A stretch of 63,013 nucleotides of DNA, filler included, from Trichomonas gallinae (lineage: Eukaryota): NCBI GenBank assembly GCA_008369845.1. It is 7 parts of 7 records of this genome, joined end to end, with 100 filler letters (N's around TTAATTAATTAA, not from the genome) between each part and the next. Parts side by side here need not be neighbours in the genome. Positions count along the whole stretch, not along the records: positions 1 to 28,095 come from MRSU01000565.1; 6 more parts are not named here. One strand, 5' to 3'. Shown piece by piece: positions 1 to 11,930 of the stretch. The notes beneath the pieces were generated by a model. The model worked only from the letters and a program-made list of their open reading frames with translations, did not search any database and was not told where the DNA came from. The stretch's first letter is position 1. Every line of letters starts with the position of its first letter. The translations under genes were made by a program, and so were the position numbers.

Positions 1-366
1 CAAATTCGAGCATCCTGATCAATGATAGATACTAAATAGCTAAAGTTGTATTTTTGCAATTTTTTAAGTGTACGTCCTATCCAAATTTTTTTTGTCCACT
101 CCAAAATTTTTAAAATACAAATATGATGATATACTACTATCATAATCACAATATTTTAAATACACATGTCTTTAACGTCTTTAATGCCGAAATGCTTGTT
201 ATAATTTAAAGAATTTTGCCATGAAATTTTGGCATTTTGCTAGTATAATCATTGGCTTCTTAAACAAATGATTTATGAAAAATTTTGAGGTTGAAATGTA
301 ATAATTTACATGTCAGAATCAGGTTAAAAGTTGTTTATTTGCCAATTTGTCAAAAATTTTTATAGA

Positions 367-3300
367 ATGGATCCGAAAGCAATTATCTCGCGAATTAGTT
401 CTCTCAAGAACCCAAATACTCCGCCAAAAGAAGTTTCGGACATTCTCAGATTTATTAGGCATGATATAAACGACTCTTTCGTTAAACAAAATTTTCGTCA
501 TCGAAGAAAATCATTCTTCCATGAGATATTTGACAGTATATTATTCATATATGATTCAGGATCTACTGATTTTCGCTATGTTGCGTCAAAAGCGTTTGGA
601 TCTTTCCTTTATAAAATTATTCCAATTTATACTGACGAAATTATCCAAATATTTACCGAGTACACGTATGACGTCAAGAAGGAATCAATGAAATCGGGCC
701 TAATTATATCAGTTTTTATGCTAATTTCTAATTATCTATCTCCTGCTGCTTTAAATAATTATGTTCAATCGATTCCAATCATTGATCACTTCACCAATGT
801 CGATTTTCTTCCAGCTGAGAATATATCTAACATCATAAAACATTTAGGTCCTTTAACTGATGATTGGTACGAACAATTATTAGGAGCTTTGCTTCACAAA
901 GTCGCCAATTTCTTTAACCAGCAACTCTCAACGTTTGTTGTGTCTATTATAGCGAAAAACCCTGACAGATTCTTGAAATTCACATTTTCTCAATTATTCG
1001 AAAAATCCGAGCTTTCTCATCATTTGCCGCTTATTTTATATATCATCAACGTAATAGGAACTGATATTTATGTGGATTTGTATCCAGCTGCAGCAGCTGC
1101 TGTTGAAATTTTAAATTTGTCGAAAGATGCAACATCAGCTTCAATTGATAGTGCTCTTCAAATTCTTTCTATCATAACATACTCATTTAGAGTAGAAATA
1201 GAGCCAAAAGATCAAAATTTGTTAATTAAAATTTCAAATAATAAAACAAACGCGTTTGTTGAGATAAATCCAGCTCAGTTTCAAACAATGACATCATTCT
1301 ATGGACTTCCACTGCCTTTGAGCTATATATTGCCACAAGAAAAAGATTCAAATATTATTATAGCAGCGAAAATGAAATCTCTTGCTAAGCAGGCCGCTTT
1401 TGCAGCAAAATGCCCCGATGTTACGCAAACAATGCAGATTTTTGAGAAATTCATAAGAGGAGAAAATGGATTCATTATTTCTTCAGCGACAGAATATCTC
1501 AGCTATTTTGTAAATAGAGTTGCATACAACTTGCCGCTCATGCAAAAGGCGATTCTCGGCAAAATTAACTCCTGGCTTCATGGAGTTTCGATAATTTCAG
1601 TAATTGAGCAGTTAGACTTTTCTTTACTGCCTAGATGCATGATTAAGGACATTTGCGCACGTGTTGTCGAGTTCAGTTTCGATAAATCCAACAAATTATC
1701 TGATAAAGCAATAAATTCACTCAGCAAAGTCGTAAATTCGCTCACCTATGACTACATCATGGAGGACTTCATGAAGAAATTCGATCCATTTGATGGATTT
1801 TCGATTCTAAGAGGCTGCAGCTTTTTGAAGAAATTTTTGAAGCTGCAATTCCCAATTAAAGAGAGTATTGAGACATTTGGAGCTGTTATGGTTGATGCTC
1901 TTGAATTGCATGCTGATTCTACATTGATATTAGCTGAAATTTTGAATTTTATTTCCAAATTTAGGATTTTGGGCGTCCACAATCAAGAAAAGACCACTTT
2001 ATATGCATTGTGTCTCGTTGATTGTTATCTTTCTTACTTTACTGGTCAATTATTGCTCAATTCTTATTATTCCGAGAAAATTGGCGAAGGCAACATTAAT
2101 TTATTAAAAGATTCATCGGTAAATGCCATCGAAAGCTTCGACACCGATATAACTTTGGGCAGAAAATGCAGAGAAATCTTGAATCCGATTAAAAATGCCC
2201 TTAGATTCCTTTTGAAGCCGAAATTAGACACGAATATAGCGAAATATATAGTTTTTAATCTATTCAAGTTCATTCCAGACCCAATTTCCGAATATTTTGC
2301 AACATATTGGGATCAAATCCCAATTTCTCTTGGTTCTCAGATCTTAGAGACCTTAAGCTTGAACAATGTCTCAGAGATTAGCGTTTTCTCTAACTTCTCT
2401 TTCGTTTTTATCAATTCTGTTGGTGCAACATATAATCCTAAGTTCACAGAAATAACTAGGGAGATGCATGAGAACATTAGGTTCATTCTACGCGAGAATT
2501 TGGTCGTTGATGTCATATATTCAACGAATTTAGCATATTTAATTCTTAAATCTTTCTATGATTCAGTAAATGACGTAAAAATCTACCTCAAACGCATACA
2601 TCCATCCGAGCAGGTCATCTTCCTCACGGCATTATCAAGGATTTTCGGTGATGTTTATGAAGTTTTCTCTGATGTTGCCGGAGAGACGATTAAAGACCTG
2701 AAATGCTTGCCTCCTATCATCAGGAAAGACAAAGAACTGAAGCCTCGCGAAATAGAAACCAATTTTGAAATAATTGATGAAAGTTCAGCTGTTAGAGCCT
2801 TTATTAACTCAGCTTTCACCGAGAATAACTACTCCCTAATCAATTCTATGAAGAAATTGGACACATTTAATATCGATTTCACTCAATTTGATGTTCCTGA
2901 ATCTTCAATCAAGATTATTTCGCATTATGTATCATTAAATAACCCATTAAGACTCGCAGATCCGCTATCTAAGGTCAGAACAGTCTGGAAATCAAGCGCA
3001 TTGTCAGCAATGAGAAAGATAGGAAATTCAATAATCGATAAACTCATAATCACGCCAAAAATCACCAAAGAAACGATCAAAGACATAATGTTTTGCCTTC
3101 AATTCATCAAATTCGACGTAACAAAACTACTTGCACTGGCTGTGAGAACATGTTTCGAAGCATTGAAACCAAAAAGAAAGTTTATCGCCTTTAGATTCCT
3201 TGCTGCTGTCGTTAACTACTGTCCGACAGTTCCAGCGGAAACAGCTGACCAGTTCCTCGACGCCTACGAGACAATGGAGCCGCCGTTTGAAGAAGCAGCA

Positions 3301-4788
3301 AGAGTTGTTGTGTCATTATCAAGGAAAACTTCTTTATCGGAAAGATTACATATCTTTGCAGCCAAACTCGCCAACACTGAGCAGTCTTTCCCTATTGTTT
3401 CTTTAGCCATATGCTCTCTGCCTTGTTCTGATGCCAACATTAAGTTCTTCGCTCAAGGGATTAACAATCTTCTCTCATATAATATTCCGAGCAAGTTTAA
3501 TGCAGCAATGAGAATCGCGACGCAAGCCTGCTTATTCATTAAAACACAGAACGCGTCAAATATTGCTTTACCTGTTTTCAATTATTCGACTGATTACGTC
3601 AAGACAAGAAATGCAATAATTAATCAGTCCGTGACGAATTTCTTCAGTCACGCGATATTAAGGTATGATTTGCAAGATATTAGAGTCAATTCGGGAAGAA
3701 TCGTTCAGAGTTCTAACAGTCACTTGGCTTATTCGATGACATTCTGCGATATATATCCGTCATTCATGAAGAGTTTCGCGAAGGACTCGAATATATACAA
3801 AACAGTTTTTTCATTTGGTGTTTCACTGTTTTCATGTCCGTGCGCTTTGTCATCTTCACTCTTCTTTTTGCATGAAGCGATAAAAGGAGATGATCCATCA
3901 AGGCAGCAGGCTGTTGTATCTCAATGCATGAAGGATTTCGTCTCGCAGCCGTTCTTCAAATCTATTCCAAAATCAGTAGATATGTGGAAGAAATTCTTGG
4001 AGAACAACTTTACGCCTGTTTACACAACAGCTTTAATTTCTCAGATATTCATTCCTTTGGCTCCATTCCACAAGGTTTTGGCTTCTTTGTACAGTATATA
4101 CGCCAAGTCTAACTTCGACAGCAGTGTTGCAGCTACAATTGTTTTGTGCCAACAGAAACTCACCGAGAAAATCCACAAAGACGCATTAAACATTTTGTTG
4201 CAACGTGGGGACCTCAAACAGGCCCTAAAGCTTTCATTATACGACACAGATGATGAATACATCAAATACAATCCAATCGATCAACAACAGAACAACACCA
4301 GCAATCAACCAAATACAACTAATCAAGAAAATGCCAACAATCAACCAAATACAACTAATCAAGAAAATGTCGCCAAACAATCAAATGATTCTTTGGATGG
4401 AGCAAATTCGGCTGTAATTGAGCAAGAAACTACAAATAATTCAGAAGTTAAAGAAAATGTTTCTAGTAAAGAAGTAAAGCCAATTGTAGTTAATGAAGAA
4501 AATCCAAAGACTTTGGAAAATAGCGAAAAACAATCAAATGTTTCTAATGATGAAGAAAAACCAGCTGAATATTGCCAGCTAAAGAATGAAACTCCAAAGA
4601 CGTCTGATGCAACAGAAAATGTCAACCAGCAATCAAAAGTTTCTAGTAATGAAGTCAATTCAGCTGAAAATGAGCAGGAAACTTCAAAGAACTCTGAAGA
4701 AGCTGAAAATATCAATGATGATTTAACACAAGAGAAAACAGTTGAATTTGAGGAATCTTCAAATACAACTGATAATACTCAGACCTAA
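367..4788 (+). CDS. Large alpha-solenoid (HEAT/ARM-like) protein with an acidic N/Q/E-rich disordered tail
   Basis: ~1470-aa ORF; first ATG is at 367 (track start 331 is TTG); HEAT-like segments such as DSGSTDFRYVASKAFGSFL; low-complexity tail from ~4280. Confidence 0.75.
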   Translation: MDPKAIISRISSLKNPNTPPKEVSDILRFIRHDINDSFVKQNFRHRRKSFFHEIFDSILFIYDSGSTDFRYVASKAFGSFLYKIIPIYTDEIIQIFTEYTYDVKKESMKSGLIISVFMLISNYLSPAALNNYVQSIPIIDHFTNVDFLPAENISNIIKHLGPLTDDWYEQLLGALLHKVANFFNQQLSTFVVSIIAKNPDRFLKFTFSQLFEKSELSHHLPLILYIINVIGTDIYVDLYPAAAAAVEILNLSKDATSASIDSALQILSIITYSFRVEIEPKDQNLLIKISNNKTNAFVEINPAQFQTMTSFYGLPLPLSYILPQEKDSNIIIAAKMKSLAKQAAFAAKCPDVTQTMQIFEKFIRGENGFIISSATEYLSYFVNRVAYNLPLMQKAILGKINSWLHGVSIISVIEQLDFSLLPRCMIKDICARVVEFSFDKSNKLSDKAINSLSKVVNSLTYDYIMEDFMKKFDPFDGFSILRGCSFLKKFLKLQFPIKESIETFGAVMVDALELHADSTLILAEILNFISKFRILGVHNQEKTTLYALCLVDCYLSYFTGQLLLNSYYSEKIGEGNINLLKDSSVNAIESFDTDITLGRKCREILNPIKNALRFLLKPKLDTNIAKYIVFNLFKFIPDPISEYFATYWDQIPISLGSQILETLSLNNVSEISVFSNFSFVFINSVGATYNPKFTEITREMHENIRFILRENLVVDVIYSTNLAYLILKSFYDSVNDVKIYLKRIHPSEQVIFLTALSRIFGDVYEVFSDVAGETIKDLKCLPPIIRKDKELKPREIETNFEIIDESSAVRAFINSAFTENNYSLINSMKKLDTFNIDFTQFDVPESSIKIISHYVSLNNPLRLADPLSKVRTVWKSSALSAMRKIGNSIIDKLIITPKITKETIKDIMFCLQFIKFDVTKLLALAVRTCFEALKPKRKFIAFRFLAAVVNYCPTVPAETADQFLDAYETMEPPFEEAARVVVSLSRKTSLSERLHIFAAKLANTEQSFPIVSLAICSLPCSDANIKFFAQGINNLLSYNIPSKFNAAMRIATQACLFIKTQNASNIALPVFNYSTDYVKTRNAIINQSVTNFFSHAILRYDLQDIRVNSGRIVQSSNSHLAYSMTFCDIYPSFMKSFAKDSNIYKTVFSFGVSLFSCPCALSSSLFFLHEAIKGDDPSRQQAVVSQCMKDFVSQPFFKSIPKSVDMWKKFLENNFTPVYTTALISQIFIPLAPFHKVLASLYSIYAKSNFDSSVAATIVLCQQKLTEKIHKDALNILLQRGDLKQALKLSLYDTDDEYIKYNPIDQQQNNTSNQPNTTNQENANNQPNTTNQENVAKQSNDSLDGANSAVIEQETTNNSEVKENVSSKEVKPIVVNEENPKTLENSEKQSNVSNDEEKPAEYCQLKNETPKTSDATENVNQQSKVSSNEVNSAENEQETSKNSEEAENINDDLTQEKTVEFEESSNTTDNTQT
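4302..4369 (+). repeat. 36-bp in-frame tandem duplication (NQPNTTNQEN x2)
   Basis: caatcaaccaaatacaactaatcaagaaaatg at 4302 and 4338. Confidence 0.9.
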
Positions 4789-5164
4789 TCCCAAGATAAT
4801 CAGAATGAATCAAAAGCCAATGAAGCTCAACAATATTCCCCAAAATCATCCAAAAATGACCAAAAGCAAATCGAACCAGAAAATATTAATGAGCAAGGGA
4901 ATCAGGAAGAATCAATGATGAATGATAAATAACATATCTATAATAGTGTCATAGAAGTAAGTAGATGAATTTTTATTATAGATTTTTAAATATCATTTTT
5001 TGTGAATGGATGCATGATATCATTGATTAATTATCATCAGCATTACAATAATTGATGTTATATGTTTAATCTTAAAACTAATTTGTTAGTATAATTCTAT
5101 TTATATATATATTTATATTTATATCAACGAGTTGAGTTAAGAATATATTTCAATTGGTGATGGA

Positions 5165-6530
5165 TTAGTTTTTCAATGTGATAAATAAACCTAGTTTATG
5201 TTCAGATAGAAATGAGTTGAAATATTTAATTTTATGCTCATATGCATGAATAACTTGTGATTTTTTTGAGCAAGAATTAAAAACTTTTTGAGAAAATCCG
5301 GCATTCATCAGTTTGTTCTTCATACTTTCATTGTTTTCTTCAACTATTATACATTTTATTTGAGGTACATACATTGTTTGATATATTGACGCTAATGTTT
5401 TGGGAACTATCAACGTTTTAAGGTTGATACAAGACCGAAAATTATACAAATTAATCGAAGAAATATTTAAAAAAATAATCTTCAATAAATTTTTAGCGTT
5501 TTCTAGAGAGTAAGTACTCACAAATTTGCAATTTACAATTAATTTTGTTGCTGGACTTGCAGCAGCAAATTTGAGAAGCACGCTTGTTTGAATCTTAAAT
5601 AACATATTATTGTAAGCTTCATAATATTTGGATTGAAAATTTGCGATAGAAATGATATTGTCGCAACCCCCTAATGCATACTCTCCTATAGATGAAACAT
5701 TTTTAACAGAAAAATATTTTAGTTTTGGACAATTGGCAAAACAATAACTCCCAATATCATTAACTGTTTTTATATCAATTGAAATTAACGAACTACATTC
5801 TTCAAATGCCCATTCTTTGATTGATGTAATCCTTGAAATAGAAATTGTTTCCAAAGTTCGACATTTATAGAATGCAAATTCATTAACGATAGTAATTTCA
5901 TCCCCCAGTATCAAGTTTTTAATTGTCGTTGATTTGCACCAAATAATCGTTGTATTTCTATTGCTGTACAAGATGTCATCTTTTTCATATAAATAATAGT
6001 TTTCTGGGTCTAAATCATAATAAACTTGGTTTCCTGGGCTGTAGACTATATTTAATTTCTTAGGTAAGAATAAATAACTTATATTCGTGTAAAGAAATGC
6101 TTTTGATTGTCTGAAATGAAGAATTTCTTGAAACATTAAATATTGTAAGCTTATAACATTTAAAAAAAGCATTAGAAAATATTGTAACGACAGATGAAGG
6201 CAAATAAACATTCGTTAATATGCGTAGATTTGAAAACGCCCATTCACCAATTGTTATAAGACTATTTGGTAATATCAATTCTGCAACATTGTAACAAAAG
6301 TAAAAGGCATTATAACCTATATAATTTAGTTTTAAGCATTCTGATAAATCAATTACTTCAAGTTCTGTACAACCAGAAAATGCACCAGCAGAAATTGTTG
6401 TAATATTTGGATCTGATTCAAAAGAAAATGATTTCAGAGTTGACTTGCAATTTCCAAAGCAATTTTCTCCAATAATTGTTACATTTCTTGGAATAACTAC
6501 TGTCTCTGAATTTGGAACAATATCTCTGGA
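5165..6530 (-). pseudogene. BspA-like (TpLRR) leucine-rich repeat gene, frameshifted
   Basis: Minus strand reads VIPRNVTIIGENCF..ITTISAGAFSGC..ILPNSLITIGEWAF, shifts frame near 6105, then continues in the 5165-6211 frame (ITSIKEWAFEECSSL, IGSYCFANCPKL); no clean start found. Confidence 0.8.
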
Positions 6531-7131
6531 GTATACTGTGGTTATTTATGTAATAAATCAAGATGAACTTATTAGTTAATTCATTATTTCGGATCTTGAA
6601 AAGTCACTTTATAAAATATCTAACTTAAATATAATATAAATAAACTCATTTGAAACATTTGGAACTTCTTCTCAAACTTGAATCGCCTTCAATATTCAAC
6701 GGTCATTTGATTTTTACAAAATATAAATTTACAAAATAATAATAAATTGAATGCAAAATGATGCAATAATATTATGAAAATTACAACAAAATTATTTTCT
6801 TTCGTTATACGAGAACCAACTCAAAGGTTGATAAGTTGAACTTCTGTTAATAATATAAGTCTTATCTTAATCACATGATTTGTATTATGCATATTGGATT
6901 AAGTTGTTTGAATCATTTAAGAAAATCAAGCTAATAGCAGTGATATACTGATAGGTGGCAATAAAATCTATCTACTTCTTATTAGGACTCTAAAAGTTCT
7001 AGAGAAAACAATTAGTTATTGATAATCAACATTTTTCTGGCTGCTTTCACGCCAGTAAACAAATTTTGAAAATTTTCCCAAAAAATTCATGATTTGAATG
7101 ATTTACAATTTCACTTCATATTCAGTTGAAG

Positions 7132-7722
7132 ATGTCTGTTACGATGCAGGACTACTACAAGGCGTTCAACACTCCATCAACACTTGCCCAGAGAGTCGAG
7201 AGGTTCGCCAATACCATCGTTGAGAAGACAAAACTCAATAATTCGATGGATGTCCTCGATTTTGGGTGCGCAAACGGCTTAGTTGGCCTCAATTTAATCA
7301 AGAATACTAAGAAAGTCAGCTTTCTTGATCCATTCCAAGATGCAATTAATCAAGTTCAGAAAGGAGTTGATTTCTTTGGTTACAAGAACTATGCATTGAT
7401 CAACAAAGTCATTGAAGAATACGATGGTGATAAGTTTGATGTTATCTTCGCATCAGTTTCTCTTCATCATGTTGAAGATTTCAAAGCAGCTCTTTGCAAG
7501 ATGCATTCTTTGTTGAAACCAAATGGAAAGCTTGCAATTATCGACATTTATGAGGGTCATCACCCTGATATTCCAAATCTTCCACATAATGGATTTGATC
7601 CAAAGGTGCTCGTGGAAACTGTCAAAGAAGCAGGTTTTCTTGATACACAGTGGGAAGATTATGGCTCATTCGAGCATGCAAACACTCAAATTCCAATCTT
7701 TTTTGTAACTGCTCATATTTAA
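7132..7722 (+). CDS. Class I SAM-dependent methyltransferase
   Basis: VLDFGCANG, FDVIFASVSLHHVED, LLKPNGKLAIID; TCACTT/TCATAT initiator-like sequence ~15-20 nt before ATG 7132. Confidence 0.9.
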   Translation: MSVTMQDYYKAFNTPSTLAQRVERFANTIVEKTKLNNSMDVLDFGCANGLVGLNLIKNTKKVSFLDPFQDAINQVQKGVDFFGYKNYALINKVIEEYDGDKFDVIFASVSLHHVEDFKAALCKMHSLLKPNGKLAIIDIYEGHHPDIPNLPHNGFDPKVLVETVKEAGFLDTQWEDYGSFEHANTQIPIFFVTAHI

Positions 7723-8379
7723 TTACTAAATACATACTTTTATCAGTAAATATTGAATTATTTTTACCTATATTAGATCATTTTCATCACATGACAGAAA
7801 AATAGAGAATATTTTTTATCAAATTCGATAATTTGACAATTATCAATAAGATAGCAAAGTATTAACTTGCATTTTGTCAAACTAATATATATTCAATTAT
7901 AAAAATAGCCAAATATGAATCTGAAAAATAAAATCTTTTAATCTTTGATTATTTCCGATATGTGACATTTGAATCCCAGGTTTGTCCATAGTGCTGCTTA
8001 TTGCAACTAGTAAAACGCTGTTTTTTTAACATTTGATTGATTTTAATGAAATATCCTATCGAATCGTAATATTTCAACGTAATTAAGCTGTTGTGATGTA
8101 TATGACTGTATAGTTTTGATTTTGCATCGAATTCAGTTTAAATTAATTTGATGCAAAATCATCGGATTAAAATAAGCCTAAGTAAGTTAATTAATAAATA
8201 TAAAATTTAAATACAAACAAAATATAATAAAGTTAACGCAAAATCCTTATAATTATCATAATTCTCTTATTATTAACATTAATTATAACCGCATTTTGTG
8301 AGTGCAATAGATACTGCTTGGACCGAGTAATGATATAGGCAAGCCGTATCCAGAACCTTATCGAAAATGTCTTCGAAAA

Positions 8380-9339
8380 TTAGAACTTCGCAGAGCTGGC
8401 CTTCCTCTTGGTGCTGTATATCTTAGTGAAAATGCTCTGCTTTAGGACTTTCTTCTTCAACAAAGCATCCTTGTTTTCTTCCTTTGGTTGCTTTGGTTTA
8501 ACGTTGGGGATGCCCATGCGTTGTAATATGTCCAACATTTCAGCAGATGATGGTCTCTTATCTGGATCAGATGTTAATAAGAGTTTTAATATTGTTTTTG
8601 TATTCTCTGAGAGATGAGATGGTATTTCGACTTCACCGTTGAGAATGGCTTTCATAATTGATTTATCGCTGCCCTTCCATGGGTACTGGCAAGTAAGCAT
8701 TGAGTAATAACAAATTCCCAAAGACCAAATATCAGCCTTTCTTCCGTCATAATACTTATGAAGGAAAATCTCTGGTGCAACATATTCTAAAGTTCCGCAG
8801 AAGGTTCTTCTATAATTATCATCATCCGTCAATGCTTGATGGCTGAGGCCAAAATCAACTAACTTTGGCTCAAATTCCTGAGTGAGAACAATATTATCGA
8901 GCTTGAGATCTCTGTGCGCAACATTTATTGAATGAAGATAGACCAGAGTGTGCAAAAGAGATACTAAGATTTTTGTTGCTTCCCATTCAGGCAAATGACC
9001 TCTGTTTATGACATAGTCATAGAGCATGCCACTACGGCCATATTCCATGACGATGCAGATCAAATCTTCAATGTATAAAATTTCTTGAATTTTTGCAATA
9101 CCAGGATGATGGATGCGCTCTAAAACGCGGATCTCTGTCTCAAGCCTATGAATGAATGTAGAATTTTCCTGGTTTTGTCGCGAAATGATTTTACAAGCAT
9201 AGAGGTCTTTTGTCTTAATGTGACGACAAACAACAACAACGCTAGAAGCACCGTCACCGATCACATGTAGGGGCTGATAGTTACCTATTTGCTCGGGAAT
9301 CCTAGTCTGAGAAGCATTATCCAACGTTGTATGAAACAT
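8380..9339 (-). CDS. CAMK-group Ser/Thr protein kinase
   Basis: IGDGASSVV, ACK, HRDLKLDN, DFG, CGTLEYVAPE, DIWSLG. Confidence 0.95.
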   Translation of the reverse strand: MFHTTLDNASQTRIPEQIGNYQPLHVIGDGASSVVVVCRHIKTKDLYACKIISRQNQENSTFIHRLETEIRVLERIHHPGIAKIQEILYIEDLICIVMEYGRSGMLYDYVINRGHLPEWEATKILVSLLHTLVYLHSINVAHRDLKLDNIVLTQEFEPKLVDFGLSHQALTDDDNYRRTFCGTLEYVAPEIFLHKYYDGRKADIWSLGICYYSMLTCQYPWKGSDKSIMKAILNGEVEIPSHLSENTKTILKLLLTSDPDKRPSSAEMLDILQRMGIPNVKPKQPKEENKDALLKKKVLKQSIFTKIYSTKRKASSAKF

Positions 9340-11930
9340 TTTAATAAAATAAATATAAAAATATGGCTTTTAAAATAAACTTTTGAAATTTTTCTGAAGC
9401 GGCAACAGTTTTTTCTATGTGTTCTTTCAAAATCGTTAAATTTTTTTTGAGTAAATCGAACGTACAATCTCTAAAAACTTATAATAATGGTAGTCTATAA
9501 ATCAAATATCGCATATTGTTTATTGGTTTTTGTGAAGTAGTATTCAAATGTTTGAGAATACAAAGATTTTATAGATATAAGATGCATTATTTTATATATA
9601 AAAAGAAATTACTAAATCAATTTTGAAACTAGTCATAATAATTTATAGAAAATTTTCAAGGAATTAATTTCTATGAAAGTTTTAGTTCAATAACTGTCCG
9701 TACAAATATTTAGAGCAGTTCTTTCAAAAAATACTAATTTTTAATATTCGGTTGAAAAAATACTTATATACAATATAAATTAATATTACAAAACAATTTT
9801 TTTATAATATTGTTTTCAATTTTTTGTTCTAGATAATTAATCATCTCTATTTTATTGATTAATTATCTAGAACTATTTTCTATGATTGATATTAGAAAGA
9901 ACGATTTTTCAATACTACTTTTGTATACTTATTTAATTTGATAACTTAACAATTCAACGTATTTACAAACTAGCATTTTGCTCATATATATCCAAATATA
10001 TGGATATTTTTTGTTTCGAAATTAAACGTGCACGTTTTAACCATGATCGTTTTTCATCATTATGCTATTTATAGTAAATCTAGCCATTTTTAAAGAGAAA
10101 TGAAATTACTGATTTCAAATCCTTTTACACTATGTATTAATCAGATATGGCACTGCATAGTAATTTCTCAATTAAAATCATGCAGTTCTTCTGAGAAAAA
10201 TTTATTATTGTTTTTTATTTCTCTCAAAAATTTATGAGTAAATCTTCTATTTTTAGACGTATGCATTGCCCACACCATGGCTCATCAAATTTTCTAGTTT
10301 ATTCGATATTTATTCAAAGCTGCGTCAAATTCTCTTTCATCTGAAAACCAATCGAAGATAAACCTGATCTATATAGATTTATCTACAATATTCCTACAAT
10401 AATTTATTCAAATTTTCACACGCACATTCAAAGTTCTCAAAGTTCTGCCAATCTTACACAGGATGATCAAAATCATGCAAATTATAATCAACCAAGCAAT
10501 ATGTAAAATCATTTTTGGTTGGCTGGATGTGCTCCATTCTTCTGTGAAAATTTATTCAAATTTGGGAATTTATTAATAGATAACTGACACTTAACATAAC
10601 TTGTTTTGGCATCTCTAGACAACGTAGATATTGTTTTCTTCATTAATTTGCATTAATTTTGAGATTCATTTTAAAATTTTTGCAATCCGAAACTATCGAT
10701 GCTTGTTTGGTCAATTTGGTTTAGTGACATATAATTTACTATAGAAATACAGGTGTTATTCAATGAAATTGCATGATTTGGCTGAAAATTGAGAGACTTG
10801 AGGATCGAGAATCAATATAAAGTGTAAACTTGGAAGATTTTCATTTATATATAAGTTGCTTATAGTCACAGCTTTATTAATACGTAAGCAAATTATTCTT
10901 GAATGAGTTCGAAAAATTGGTTGTAGGATCTAGCGAATTATAACATCATTAACAAAATGTATGCTTTGTAGGCAATACAAATTGCTTGCTAAGAGTTTCC
11001 TATAAGCCCTCAGGAATATTGATCATCAAATAAGTGGGAATTCAGACAATATTTATGTTACTATTCGAATATATTGGCAATATATGTCTGAGTTCCTCGT
11101 CGTTCGAGTATGTAGTAGCAATATTATGGAGATTAATTAATTGGCACTTATCACGAAATAATGATGAAATTGTATATATTCGATGACATATATTGCAATG
11201 ATTTGTTAATGTTAGATGATTCAGCAAAATAGAACGATTTTGATCAATATTTTTAGCGTTAAAAACTAGTGTAACTATGAAATGATGGTATATTATTGAT
11301 TGATGTTTCGATTTGGCTTTGGATATGTCTAAATCCTACCTGGTTGTGAATAATATCCTCGAGAATATTTTGGTTTTGATATTATTCTGTTTTTACTTCA
11401 CCTATAATCCTCTTCTTTCCTCACTAAAGAGAAAACACCGTTTTCTTGCTATCAAATACCGCTCAGAAGCCATGTAACTTCAAAAAATATTTAACGAATT
11501 ATAAATAAAGGAAAAATAATTACCAATTTATAAGATTTTTATTTGATTTCTTGTTAAAAACGAAGAATTTCAAAACATTAAATTCGAAAAATGAGATCTA
11601 TTATTGATGGTATATCTAAATATGCAGAAATCAGTAATTCAATTCATCCTAATTTTTTAAAAAATTGCATAATTCTGTTGATTACAAGATTATTAGCCCA
11701 TATCAACCAAAAAAGTCATTGTTGGTTCGGACGATAAAAAATTACTTTTGAAAGAGCTCAGAAAAAAGTAATTTCGTGTTTTTATTTGCGATTTGGAAGG
11801 AGATACTGACACTAAATCCAAATTTACAGGAAGTAAGGATTTTTATGAGTTTTCATGTTTTTGAAAAAAGTGAGGAATTACGAAAAATCCTTTATATACA
11901 AACAAACAAAAAAATAACTGAAAAACTATC

